Below are positions 8,246 through 17,312 of a DNA stretch of 20,000 nt, one piece after another (the first letter of the stretch is position 1; every line of letters begins with the position of its first letter). The stretch lies in the IMG/VR virus record IMGVR_UViG_3300036399_001267; one strand, 5' to 3'. The translations under genes were made by a program, and so were the position numbers. The notes beneath the pieces were generated by a model. It worked only from the letters and a program-made list of their open reading frames with translations. It was not told the origin of the DNA and searched no databases. Source of the DNA: an uncultured virus (IMG/VR IMGVR_UViG_3300036399_001267) (taxonomy: Duplodnaviria > Heunggongvirae > Uroviricota > Caudoviricetes).

Positions 8246-10144
8246 ATGGCAGATCAATCATTTCAGGAATTAAGAAATCGTTCATTATTTGCACGTTTGA
8301 AACGTTTGTTTTCAAACGATGTAATTGTTCGTAATATCGGCGGTAAAAAATTAAAGGTAATTGATACCGATGAAATTCAGTATGCTACAGATCGTAATAG
8401 TTTAAGAGATCGTTTTAATAGATTACGTACTACATCATATAATCAATATACAAGAGATTTCAACCTATCATATCAAAGTAGTCGTGTAGAACTATTTCGT
8501 GATTATGATACCATGGATATGGATCCAATTCTTGCATCCGCACTTGACATTTATGCAGATGAATGTACAACCAGAAATGAAATGGGTGATATTTTACAGA
8601 TTAAATCTACCAATGACGAAATCAAGAATATTCTTCATAATTTATTCTATGATATTCTAAACATTGAATTCAACTTGTGGAGTTGGACACGTTGTATGGT
8701 TAAGTACGGAGATTTTTATCTTCGTTTACACATTAGTCCAGAATACGGCGTATATATGGTTGAACCATTGAGTACCTATTATGTTACCCGTGTTGAAAAT
8801 GCACATATAACTAATAAAAATTTTGTTAAATTCCAAGTTAATCTTCCATATGGAAATAAGTTAGAAGATTTAGAAAACTACCAAATTGCACATTTTAGAT
8901 TATTGAGTGATAGCAATTTCTTGCCATATGGTAAGAGTATGTTGGAAGGCGCTCGTCGTGTTTGGAAACAATTAAGTTTGATGGAAGACGCAATGTTAAT
9001 TCATCGTATCATGCGCGCTCCAGAAAAGAGAATTTTCAAAGTTGATATTGGTAATATTCCTCCAAATGAAGTTGATAATCATATGGAACGAATAATGACC
9101 CAAATGAAAAAGACTCCATATTTGGATCAACAAACAGGCGATTACAATTTACGTTTCAACCTACAAAACATGGTTGAAGACTTCTTCTTGCCAGTTCGTG
9201 GAAGTGATAGTGGTACTAGTATTGATAATTTACCAGGTCTTGAATGGACCGGTACAGACGATATTGAATATCTTCGTAATAAGATGATGGCTGCACTCAA
9301 GATTCCAAAAGCATTCTTGGGTTATGATGAATCTTTGAGCGGTAAAGCTACTCTTGCGGCTGAAGATATTCGTTTTGCACGTACAATTCAACGTATTCAA
9401 AGAATTATTGTTAGTGAACTGAATAAGATCGCTGTCATTCATTTATATTCACAAGGATACCGTGATGAATCTTTAGTAGACTTTACACTAGAATTGACAA
9501 ATCCATCTACAATCTTTGAAAAAGAAAAGATCGATGTTTGGAAGAGCAAAGTTGAAGTCTCCAAAGACATGCAAGAAAATAAATTTTTTAGTAAAAAGTG
9601 GATTTATGAAAATGTATTTGGTTTAAGTGACCAAGACATGATTGATTTGCAAAAGCAATTGGTTGATGATGCTAAGGGCACATATAGATTTAAACAGATC
9701 GAAGAAGAAGGTAACGATCCAGCAATTAAATTCTTACAATCTAAAGACGAAGGTGATGGAGACGCTGGGGCCAGTCCAACAGATGGAGCCGCTGACACAG
9801 AAGCAGCCGATACAACGCCTCCAACAGAAAAACCACCCGGTGAGAGCAAGCCAGCTGATAAACAAAGCAAACCTAGTGAGTCGCCAGCAAAATTAGCGGA
9901 AAGAGATCAAACTGGAAGAAAAGATGCTAGTAAATATCCATTCGGAGAAGACCCATTAGGCGGTTTGGAAAATAATAGAAAGTCTGATTTATCCGTAACA
10001 CATAAATACAAAAACAAATCTCCATTATCATTGGAGTCGCTAAAAGGTTTGAGTGATTTGTTAAATACAGTTGAGGATGAAAAGAAAATTTTGAGAGAAG
10101 GTGAGGAAAAATCTTATATGGACGAAATAAATATAAAAGAATAA
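8246..10144 (+). CDS. Portal protein (T4 gp20-like)
   Basis: Motifs ALDIYADE, KYGDF, LMEDAMLIHRIMRAPEKRIFKVDIGN, EDFFLPVRG...IDNLPG, DIEYLRNK..AALKIPKAFL, EDIRFARTIQRIQ. It has an acidic, Pro-rich C-terminal extension. Confidence 0.97.
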   Translation: MADQSFQELRNRSLFARLKRLFSNDVIVRNIGGKKLKVIDTDEIQYATDRNSLRDRFNRLRTTSYNQYTRDFNLSYQSSRVELFRDYDTMDMDPILASALDIYADECTTRNEMGDILQIKSTNDEIKNILHNLFYDILNIEFNLWSWTRCMVKYGDFYLRLHISPEYGVYMVEPLSTYYVTRVENAHITNKNFVKFQVNLPYGNKLEDLENYQIAHFRLLSDSNFLPYGKSMLEGARRVWKQLSLMEDAMLIHRIMRAPEKRIFKVDIGNIPPNEVDNHMERIMTQMKKTPYLDQQTGDYNLRFNLQNMVEDFFLPVRGSDSGTSIDNLPGLEWTGTDDIEYLRNKMMAALKIPKAFLGYDESLSGKATLAAEDIRFARTIQRIQRIIVSELNKIAVIHLYSQGYRDESLVDFTLELTNPSTIFEKEKIDVWKSKVEVSKDMQENKFFSKKWIYENVFGLSDQDMIDLQKQLVDDAKGTYRFKQIEEEGNDPAIKFLQSKDEGDGDAGASPTDGAADTEAADTTPPTEKPPGESKPADKQSKPSESPAKLAERDQTGRKDASKYPFGEDPLGGLENNRKSDLSVTHKYKNKSPLSLESLKGLSDLLNTVEDEKKILREGEEKSYMDEINIKE

Positions 10145-10175
10145 CACAATTCCTATATATTTACATAGTTGATCT

Positions 10176-10188
10176 ATATTTATAAATA
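10176..10188 (+). promoter_or_regulatory. Putative late promoter (palindrome TATTTATAAATA)
   Basis: ATATTTATA at 10176-10184 overlaps a canonical T4 late box TATAAATA at 10181-10188, 8 nt before ATG 10197. Confidence 0.6.
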
Positions 10189-10196
10189 ATAATAAT

Positions 10197-11081
10197 ATGC
10201 ACAAGAAAGCAAAACATTCAAAATTCAAGAATGCTGGAATATTGTTTGAGCTTCTTACACGCCAAATAACTGCGGACATTTTGGCGGGTAGAGACGAATC
10301 GTTTACTAAAAATTTAATGTTTAAATACTTCCACGAAAGTAAAGAACTTGGTAAAGAAGCACAACTATACAATTTCATACTTCAACAATCCAGTAAGGAT
10401 GCAAATTCTGCCGAACGTATTTTAAATGTAGTACTACAGACACGATCAAAATTAGACGAACGTGAGTTGAATAAACAAAAGTATAGTATTATTAAAGAGA
10501 TAAAAGAAAAGTATAATATTGATGAATTTTTAAAGAACAAAATTCCAAATTATAAATTATACGCATCTGTGTATAAACTATTTGAAAATCAAGCTGATCA
10601 AGAAGTCAAGTTTAATGTTGAAGAGTTATTAGAATCTAGAGAATACGTCGTTGAAAATTTAATTAAAGAAAAGAAGAGCGGCGAGGAAAGTTTGGATGTT
10701 TATGGAAGTCAAAGTGCAGAAGTAAGATTGTTAGCTTATAAATTCTTGATTGAAAATTTTAATACTAAGTATAGTAATTTGTTACCAGCACAAAAGAAAC
10801 TACTTAAAGAGTACATCACAAATATTAGTAATTCAAGCAAATTTACCAAGTTTGTTAATGAAGAATACAAGAGAGTTAGTCTCATTCTAAAGGATAATCT
10901 TCAAACAATTAATTCCGATATAGTAAAGATTAAAATTACAGAAGTTGTTAATCAGTTTTCCAACAAAAGTGTTATTGGTGTAGTAAAAGAAAATCAATTA
11001 ACTTCATTGTTAAACGCTTACGAATTAGTTGAAGAAATCGAAAAGTTAAAGAATGAAATCCCATCTAAAAAAGAAGATTAA
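10197..11081 (+). CDS. Hypothetical helical protein, probable prohead core component
   Basis: 294-aa ORF (KHSKFKNAGILFELL...) between portal and protease, where T4 has core genes 67/68. Function is inferred from position. Confidence 0.7.
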   Translation: MHKKAKHSKFKNAGILFELLTRQITADILAGRDESFTKNLMFKYFHESKELGKEAQLYNFILQQSSKDANSAERILNVVLQTRSKLDERELNKQKYSIIKEIKEKYNIDEFLKNKIPNYKLYASVYKLFENQADQEVKFNVEELLESREYVVENLIKEKKSGEESLDVYGSQSAEVRLLAYKFLIENFNTKYSNLLPAQKKLLKEYITNISNSSKFTKFVNEEYKRVSLILKDNLQTINSDIVKIKITEVVNQFSNKSVIGVVKENQLTSLLNAYELVEEIEKLKNEIPSKKED

Positions 11082-12051
11082 GTTACTCTTAAGCAAATTA
11101 AGAGCTAAAAACGAAGCTAGTACTACTGGTACTGGCCCAGTTGCTTCTGGTCCTGTTGCTGTAGGCGGTGATGCTGCTAGAACGCCATTCGCTTTTTCTA
11201 GAAGAGGAGCAAGACCAGATACTTATACACAATTGGGATATAAGTTAGCTAAACCAGTAAAAAGAAGTACTGGATATAAATTAGAAAATCAAATGTATAG
11301 TCAACCAGCTTATGGAACTCCAGCACAAGCTATTGAATTAGGTTCAACATACACAGATGAAAATGGATTGGTACAACACAACGATCCTGATATGGATCCT
11401 AATTTAGTTGGATATAAACAAGGCAGTTTACCATTTACTGAAGGATTTAATGGTTTGAAATATGAACAAGAGGGACAACAATCTCCACAACCTGTTCAAC
11501 AACCTGCTCCAGCTGCCACTCCTCCTCAACAACAACCAAAACAAAAAACAAACGTTAATCCAACAGTTGATGTTAAGAGTTACGATGTATTGCCTGATTT
11601 TACATCATTCGATACAAAATTAAAGAATAGTACTGAAGTATTGAAGAATAATTTACAAAAAACTATTCAAGACAAAATTTTAGGTAAAAAGATTGTTGTA
11701 AGAGCTAGTAAGGGATACAAACAACCCGAAACCGATTACACAATTAATGTTACTGGAGTAGCTATAGATTATTATTACGATAGATACGTAATAATAATTA
11801 TAGGCCGTGAAGAAAATAAACAGAAAGTTGCTAAATTCTTTATTAAACCAGGATTTAAAATCAAAGTTCTAGGAAACGCTGATAATTTGAAACCAAGAGA
11901 TCAATATCAAGTTGCTAAATCAAAAGCATTGGTAGAACCTCAACAATCAGCTACTCCAACAAATACCATTACATCTGATGAAGAGGATCAAAATCCCGAT
12001 CAGCCAGAAGCTGGTGCTGAACAACAACCTTCTACACAACCAAAACAATAA
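11053..12051 (+). CDS. Hypothetical protein, probable internal head protein with Q/P-rich linkers
   Basis: 332-aa ORF that overlaps the upstream gene and ends 1 nt before the protease ATG. It has low-complexity linkers and a C-terminal beta-rich segment. Confidence 0.7.
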   Translation: MKSHLKKKIKLLLSKLRAKNEASTTGTGPVASGPVAVGGDAARTPFAFSRRGARPDTYTQLGYKLAKPVKRSTGYKLENQMYSQPAYGTPAQAIELGSTYTDENGLVQHNDPDMDPNLVGYKQGSLPFTEGFNGLKYEQEGQQSPQPVQQPAPAATPPQQQPKQKTNVNPTVDVKSYDVLPDFTSFDTKLKNSTEVLKNNLQKTIQDKILGKKIVVRASKGYKQPETDYTINVTGVAIDYYYDRYVIIIIGREENKQKVAKFFIKPGFKIKVLGNADNLKPRDQYQVAKSKALVEPQQSATPTNTITSDEEDQNPDQPEAGAEQQPSTQPKQ

Positions 12052-12052
12052 C

Positions 12053-12658
12053 ATGAAACAAGTACTAATCGATGTAATGCCATTTGAGTTTAAAAAGTCC
12101 GCCTTAAATGAGTCACTTAAGGACGGAAAACTACTCGTTAGTGGCGTACTACAACGTGCTGATGCAAAAAATCAAAATGGCCGTGTATATCCAGTGGATG
12201 TATTAAAGAGAGAAGCCGAAAAATACATGCAAAACTTTGTAAAACAACGTCGTGCTATGGGTGAATTAGACCATCCAGAAAGTAGCGTTGTTAATTTGAA
12301 GAATGTAAGTCACAACATCACAGATATGGGCTGGGATGGAAAAGACTTGGTTGGAACAGTAGAAATTCTACCTACTCCAAGTGGTAATATATTAAGAGAT
12401 TTATTGCAATCAGGAATTCTTTTGGGTATTAGTAGTCGTGGATTGGGTAGTGTTAAGAAAGACATGAGAGAAGGTGCCGACGTTGTTCAAGATGATTTTG
12501 ATTTAATTGCATTTGACTTCGTAAGCAATCCAAGTACTCAAGGAGCTTTTATGTATCCACAAGGAAAGATTAATGAAAGTGTTGAACAACATAAAACAAT
12601 TATTAACCCATATAGTAATGTTGAAAGAATTATCCACAACATTCTATCAGAACTATAA
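12053..12658 (+). CDS. Prohead core protease (T4 gp21-like)
   Basis: ADAKNQNGRVYP, GELDHP (catalytic His), GISSRGLGSV (catalytic Ser), FDFVSNPS. The start is moved to ATG 12053 (TAA-C-ATG junction) from 11978. Confidence 0.95.
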   Translation: MKQVLIDVMPFEFKKSALNESLKDGKLLVSGVLQRADAKNQNGRVYPVDVLKREAEKYMQNFVKQRRAMGELDHPESSVVNLKNVSHNITDMGWDGKDLVGTVEILPTPSGNILRDLLQSGILLGISSRGLGSVKKDMREGADVVQDDFDLIAFDFVSNPSTQGAFMYPQGKINESVEQHKTIINPYSNVERIIHNILSEL

Positions 12659-12666
12659 TATTTATA
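12658..12666 (+). promoter_or_regulatory. Putative late promoter motif ATATTTATA
   Basis: Exact copy of the motif, occupying most of the 12-nt intergenic gap, 4 nt before ATG 12671. Confidence 0.55.
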
Positions 12667-12670
12667 AAGT

Positions 12671-13114
12671 ATGAAATTAAAACATTTACTAGAAAATTCT
12701 ACTGAACACGCATATACTCCTCTTACCGTTTATGAGAAGAAGAATATGGTTGAAACGATCAAATCATATAACGAATATCGTAAAGGTTTGAAAACAGACA
12801 GTGTATATGAAACCGCACAAAAAATAATGGAAGCTGTTAATTTAGCAGAACGTTATGCTTTGAAAGAATGTGGCGATTGGATGGAAGCCAAGATGGTAGA
12901 ACGTGATATGAAAGAAATTAAACGTGATGCCGCAAAGATGTACGAAGAAGCTCAAAAGATGAAAGCTATTGAAAAACAACTTGAAATGTTGTACGAAGAA
13001 GTTGGTCGTCGTTTAGAGAGATATTTTGAAATTGCTGATCCAATCAATGAAGCTCCACAAGCTTATCAAACACAAAATCAACAAAGTTCAGTTAGTATCG
13101 ATTCATTGGAATAG
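12671..13114 (+). CDS. Hypothetical coiled-coil protein, probable prohead core protein
   Basis: 147 aa, helical, begins MKLKHLLE, immediately downstream of the protease. Confidence 0.75.
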   Translation: MKLKHLLENSTEHAYTPLTVYEKKNMVETIKSYNEYRKGLKTDSVYETAQKIMEAVNLAERYALKECGDWMEAKMVERDMKEIKRDAAKMYEEAQKMKAIEKQLEMLYEEVGRRLERYFEIADPINEAPQAYQTQNQQSSVSIDSLE

Positions 13115-13559
13115 AATCGATATATTCTAACATTTTATCAAACGTTTCGAATACATATTTTCTATTAGTTTCCAAAACATAGCCTTCGTCAGTTTTATAG
13201 ACGAAGGCTTTTATTTTTTCATTTTCCAATTGTAAAGCTGGAATTTCAATTTCAGAGAACATTTTATAGTCATCGTCGATTCTGAAATTCATCTCGCCTA
13301 ACATATCCAACTCTGAAAAGTTCCATCCATTTGGATGATCCAAATCTTCCAACTTATATATTTTAATATCTTCCTCAAAGTTATCGTTGTTTAAAAAATT
13401 AATCAACTTTGGACTTTTGTGGTTGTTGTAATTATTATTCATCGCACGAACGTCTGGATTAGAATATGGATTCTCATCGCCTTTTCTTTTGATATTTTTG
13501 TAATTATCCTTGGGTTGATTCATGTGTCTATTAAAATTTGGATTGAAATTGTATGGCAT
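13092..13559 (-). CDS. Hypothetical protein (155 aa)
   Basis: ATG-started ORF 4 nt downstream of the 197-aa minus-strand gene, with an Asn-rich N-terminus. No competing + strand ORF. Confidence 0.7.
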   Translation of the reverse strand: MPYNFNPNFNRHMNQPKDNYKNIKRKGDENPYSNPDVRAMNNNYNNHKSPKLINFLNNDNFEEDIKIYKLEDLDHPNGWNFSELDMLGEMNFRIDDDYKMFSEIEIPALQLENEKIKAFVYKTDEGYVLETNRKYVFETFDKMLEYIDSIPMNRY

Positions 13560-13563
13560 AATA

Positions 13564-14157
13564 TTACATTGATCCTAATGTTGTATTAATTCTGTCGATG
13601 AAATCAGATAACGTTTTACTTTTTTCTGCAAGATTTTCGTTATCAAAACTGTTGCTTAATAGATCTAATATTTCTTTATCGGGTTTATCGGGAAATGTTC
13701 TTTGAATAATACAAGCGTATTTGTTTTGTTTATCTTCGTTGTCTACCAACTTTTTAAACACATATTTTTTATTGGTACCATTACTATTGACTTCTGTAGA
13801 AACTTCGTTGGTACTTTTATTTTCTTTGAATTTTGTTTTTCCAAATCCACTAAATCCATTTTGTTTGGTTTGAAATACTTGTAATTCTTTTAGATCAAAT
13901 GGTACTCCAACTTGTTTAGATAAATGTTTTTTAAAACTTATACCGCTTACTTTTTTAATTTTACCCAAACTATATTCATTTTCTTTTAATTTGTGAATAA
14001 TTTCTTTTACTTTAGTAAAATCTTTTACACTACTTGGTTTTATAGTACGTGCCATTTTACGAACTTGCGGGGAAACTTCTTTTGATTTAATTCCGCCTTT
14101 TTGTAAAGCTCTTACTAGTCTAAAAAGTTTTGCTTGTTTTTGCGATTTTGCAGGCAT
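13564..14157 (-). CDS. Hypothetical basic protein (197 aa)
   Basis: Lys-rich N-terminus MPAKSQKQAKLFRLVRALQKG...VRKMARTIKPSSVKDF, preceded by the late-type motif on the - strand. Confidence 0.75.
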   Translation of the reverse strand: MPAKSQKQAKLFRLVRALQKGGIKSKEVSPQVRKMARTIKPSSVKDFTKVKEIIHKLKENEYSLGKIKKVSGISFKKHLSKQVGVPFDLKELQVFQTKQNGFSGFGKTKFKENKSTNEVSTEVNSNGTNKKYVFKKLVDNEDKQNKYACIIQRTFPDKPDKEILDLLSNSFDNENLAEKSKTLSDFIDRINTTLGSM

Positions 14158-14162
14158 ATATC

Positions 14163-14211
14163 AATAAATATAAAATATTTTTATTTATTTCCATTTTATA
14201 TTATATTTATT
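14163..14211. promoter_or_regulatory. Divergent promoter region with back-to-back ATATTTATT motifs
   Basis: Minus-strand ATATTTATT at 14171-14163 lies 5 nt before ATG 14157. Plus-strand ATATTTATT at 14203-14211 and TATTTATT at 14182-14189 lie upstream of the scaffold/capsid genes. Confidence 0.5.
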
Positions 14212-14311
14212 ATTCAAATACATCATTCTTTGATGTCATATCAATTTATCTTCTTTGGAGTTCTTCAATAGCTTCACCAACAAATAACAATAAGAAAGGC
14301 AAAATATAATT

Positions 14312-15373
14312 ATGAGCGATCTATTAAAAGAAAGCATTGCAGACGCGAAGGCTGTACGTGAAACAGCTTTGGCAAATGCAAAAACTTTCCTTGAAGAAAA
14401 TTTTGCTGCTAGCATGAAAGAAATGTTCGCAGACAAACTCAAGGAAGAAATGGCAGAAGAAACCAGTGAAGAAGAAGGCAAGATCGATGAAAAGCTTGCA
14501 TCTTCAAACATCGGTAAAGATGATAGTAACATTGCTTCTAAGCAACATCCAACTAAACCATCTCCTGCTGCAAACAAAAACACAACTCCTGCTGGAAAGC
14601 AAGAATTTGATGTAACACTTGAAGAAGAAACTGCAGTAGAAGAAGGTGCAGAAGTAACAAGCCAAGAACTAGATGAAATTCTAGCTGAATTGGAAAGTGA
14701 AGTATCCGAAGGCGATGATGCTCAAGAAGCACCAGAATCAGGTGATATGGACGAAGTTAGTTTGGATGAACTTCTAGCAGAACTAGAAGAAGAAGAAGCC
14801 GCTGTTCCAGCACCAGCTCCAGCACCAGTAGATCCAATGCAAGCAGCTGCTCCAGCTCCAGCTCCAGCACCAGCTCCAGAAATGGGACAAGTTCCTTCTC
14901 CAGTAGCTGAAGGTGAAGAAGACGGAGTTACCGCTGAAGAAATGGCAGAAGCTTTGGTTGCTATCAACGAAGAAAACGAAGCTCTAAAGAAACAACTTGC
15001 AGAATCTCTAAGTACTGTTAAGTACATGAAGGGCGTTCTAGCAGAAACCAACCTATTGAATGCTAAGTTGCTTTATACCAACAAGTTGTTCAAGGGTAAG
15101 AGTTTGACCGAAGATCAAAAACTTAAGATCATCAACACTTTCGACTTGACCAAGAATATTCGTGAAGTCAAGTTGGCATATACAGTTTTGGCCGAATCAA
15201 TTAATTCCGGTGCATCAGTTGCCAAGAAAAAGACAAATGCAACTGCTCAAACTATCACCGAAGGTTTGGCAAGCAAACCAGTATCATCAACAAAGCCTGC
15301 TTCTACCATTGTAGAACCTCAAGCTGATGTGATGACTTCAAGATTCCAAAAACTCGCAGGAATCAAGAAGTAA
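14312..15373 (+). CDS. Prohead scaffold/core protein (functional analogue of T4 gp22)
   Basis: Highly acidic coiled-coil protein directly upstream of the MCP. It has repeated LDE(I/L)LAELE segments, NLLNAKLLYTNKLF and a C-terminal RFQKLAGIKK. Confidence 0.85.
   Translation: MSDLLKESIADAKAVRETALANAKTFLEENFAASMKEMFADKLKEEMAEETSEEEGKIDEKLASSNIGKDDSNIASKQHPTKPSPAANKNTTPAGKQEFDVTLEEETAVEEGAEVTSQELDEILAELESEVSEGDDAQEAPESGDMDEVSLDELLAELEEEEAAVPAPAPAPVDPMQAAAPAPAPAPAPEMGQVPSPVAEGEEDGVTAEEMAEALVAINEENEALKKQLAESLSTVKYMKGVLAETNLLNAKLLYTNKLFKGKSLTEDQKLKIINTFDLTKNIREVKLAYTVLAESINSGASVAKKKTNATAQTITEGLASKPVSSTKPASTIVEPQADVMTSRFQKLAGIKK
14807..14879 (+). repeat. In-frame CCAGC(A/T) hexamer repeats encoding Pro-Ala linkers in the scaffold
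   Basis: ccagcaccagctccagcaccag...ccagctccagctccagcaccagctccag encodes PAPAPAP...APAPAPAPAP. Confidence 0.8.
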
Positions 15374-15427
15374 AATTAGTTTGCGAGTAAAAACCTAACA
15401 GTAATTAATATAGAAAGAAATAAAAAT

Positions 15428-17254
15428 ATGAGTATGGATGTAAAAAGTCTATTGACAAACAATATGAATCCACAAGCCAAATTGATGGCTGAAACACGTG
15501 GACTACAAAACAAGTGGGAAAAGACAGGCCTCCTAGAAGGTTGCCAAGGTGTTGAAAAAGCACACATGTCTATCCTCTTGGAAAACCAAGCAAAGCAATT
15601 GCTCGACGAAGCAACTACAACTGGTACTTCTACCAGTTCTGAACAATGGGCTGGCGTAGCTCTTCCATTGGTTCGTCGTGTATTCGCTGAAATCGCTGCG
15701 AAGGAATTCGTAAGCGTTCAACCAATGAACCTACCATCTGGTCTAATCTTCTATCTAGACTTCAAATATGGTACAACCGCTCCAAACCAAGACTTGCGTA
15801 ACTTGAACAACGGTAGTTCCAAGACTACCCGTGCAGGTAAGCAATTGAATGACAGTTTGTTCGGTGGTACAGGTAAGAAATTGGGTTCAACCGATAGCGC
15901 AGTACGTGGTCTATACGGTCAAGGTGCTTATGCATATTCTGTACGTCCAGTAAGTAGCTCTGCTATTACTTTGACAAAGACCGCTGGTTCAACAAACAAC
16001 GGTAACACAATTCAAACAGCTTCATGGAACGATGTTCAATTTGATGCTGATTTGAGCGCATCAGTTGTGGCTAAGAAGTTGTTCAAAGTTATTTTGAACC
16101 ACGACGACAATACCTCTGGTATTGCTGCAAACGGATATGTATACAACGCCGATTTGGTCGCAGTACGTTCATTCAACTTGATCTCTGGTTCAACTACTCC
16201 AACCACTCTACAAAGCAGTGGTTTGGTATTGAATACCTATAGCAAGGCAATTAACACTGGTAGTTTGGGCGATCCATTCTATCAATCTGTATACATTGTA
16301 TCTGCATCTAACAGTGCATTCGGCGGTGTATCTAGCAAGATTAAATTGATCTATAGTCTACAACCTACCGATAACTTACGTGGTGACTTCGAAGCTGGTA
16401 AGACCGCAGGTGAAGGTTCTGGTACCTCTGGTAACGTTGCTACACAAAGCATCGATACTGATATCAGTATCCCAGAAGTAAACTTGGTACTAAACAGTGA
16501 ACCAATCGTTGCTAAGACCCGTAAGTTGAAGGCAGTCTGGACCCCAGAATTGGCTCAAGACTTGAACGCATATCACTCCATTGATGCAGAAGCAGAACTT
16601 ACTGCTCTATTGAGTGAATATGTATCTATGGAAATCGACCTCGAAATCCTAGACATGTTGAACGAAGCCGTTCAAGGTCAAACAACCGAAGCTTGGTCCG
16701 CCCAAATCGGTGTTGAATTCAGCAAGAGCATCAACGCAACCACTGGTGAAGCAATCTTCACACGTAATGCAAACAGTTCACCAAACCGTACTGCTTACGT
16801 AAAGAGCACTTGGTTCCAAACTCTTGGAAACAAGATTCAAAAGGTATCTAACACAATCCAAAAATTGACCCTACGTGGTGGTGCTAACTTCTTGGTCGTA
16901 AGTCCAGACGTAGCAACCATCTTGGAATCAATTCCAGGATATGTAGTAAACACTGATGGTGATCAAGCTAAGTTCGCAATGGGCGTAAGCCGTGTTGGTA
17001 GCTTTGCTTCTCGCTTCCAAGTTTACAAGAACCCATATATGACCGATAACGTTGTATTGGTTGGTTTCCGTGGAAATAACTTCCTAGAAACCGGTGCTGT
17101 ATATGCTCCATATATCCCACTAATCCAAACTCCATTGGTCTATGATCCAGTGAACTTCACTCCACGTAGAGGTGTAATGACCCGCTACGCTAAGAAGGTC
17201 GTCAGACCAGAATTTTATGGAAAAGTTATTATCGGTGATCTCGATACCGTATAA
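15428..17254 (+). CDS. Major capsid protein (T4 gp23-like), 608 aa
   Basis: KWEKTGLLEG, LLENQ, LPLVRR, VSVQPMNLPSGLIFY, AKTRKLKAVWTPELAQDLNAYHSIDAEAEL, GAVYAPYIPL, DPVNFTPRRGVMTRY. Confidence 0.97.
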   Translation: MSMDVKSLLTNNMNPQAKLMAETRGLQNKWEKTGLLEGCQGVEKAHMSILLENQAKQLLDEATTTGTSTSSEQWAGVALPLVRRVFAEIAAKEFVSVQPMNLPSGLIFYLDFKYGTTAPNQDLRNLNNGSSKTTRAGKQLNDSLFGGTGKKLGSTDSAVRGLYGQGAYAYSVRPVSSSAITLTKTAGSTNNGNTIQTASWNDVQFDADLSASVVAKKLFKVILNHDDNTSGIAANGYVYNADLVAVRSFNLISGSTTPTTLQSSGLVLNTYSKAINTGSLGDPFYQSVYIVSASNSAFGGVSSKIKLIYSLQPTDNLRGDFEAGKTAGEGSGTSGNVATQSIDTDISIPEVNLVLNSEPIVAKTRKLKAVWTPELAQDLNAYHSIDAEAELTALLSEYVSMEIDLEILDMLNEAVQGQTTEAWSAQIGVEFSKSINATTGEAIFTRNANSSPNRTAYVKSTWFQTLGNKIQKVSNTIQKLTLRGGANFLVVSPDVATILESIPGYVVNTDGDQAKFAMGVSRVGSFASRFQVYKNPYMTDNVVLVGFRGNNFLETGAVYAPYIPLIQTPLVYDPVNFTPRRGVMTRYAKKVVRPEFYGKVIIGDLDTV

Positions 17255-17278
17255 TACTTAGTAGAAATAAAATAACTC

Positions 17279-17306
17279 AAAAACCCCAACGAAAGTTGGG
17301 GTTTTT
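17279..17306. terminator. Bidirectional rho-independent terminator between the MCP and the convergent block
   Basis: Perfect inverted repeat AAAAACCCCAAC-GAAA-GTTGGGGTTTTT with A/T tails on both sides, between convergent genes. Confidence 0.9.
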
Positions 17307-17312
17307 CTTGCA

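Noticed and set aside
11978..12052. N-terminal extension of the protease ORF
   Set aside because: It overlaps the upstream gene and reads as off-frame low-complexity sequence. ATG 12053 directly after the upstream stop is more plausible.
14807..14879. Hexamer repeats as a CRISPR or other non-coding array
   Set aside because: They are in-frame Pro-Ala codons with no repeat-spacer structure. No CRISPR array, tRNA or rRNA was seen in the window.
6633..17254. Introns, inteins or homing endonucleases in terL, portal or MCP
   Set aside because: The ORFs are continuous with normal motif spacing, and no intein splice or LAGLIDADG/HNH/GIY-YIG motifs were seen.
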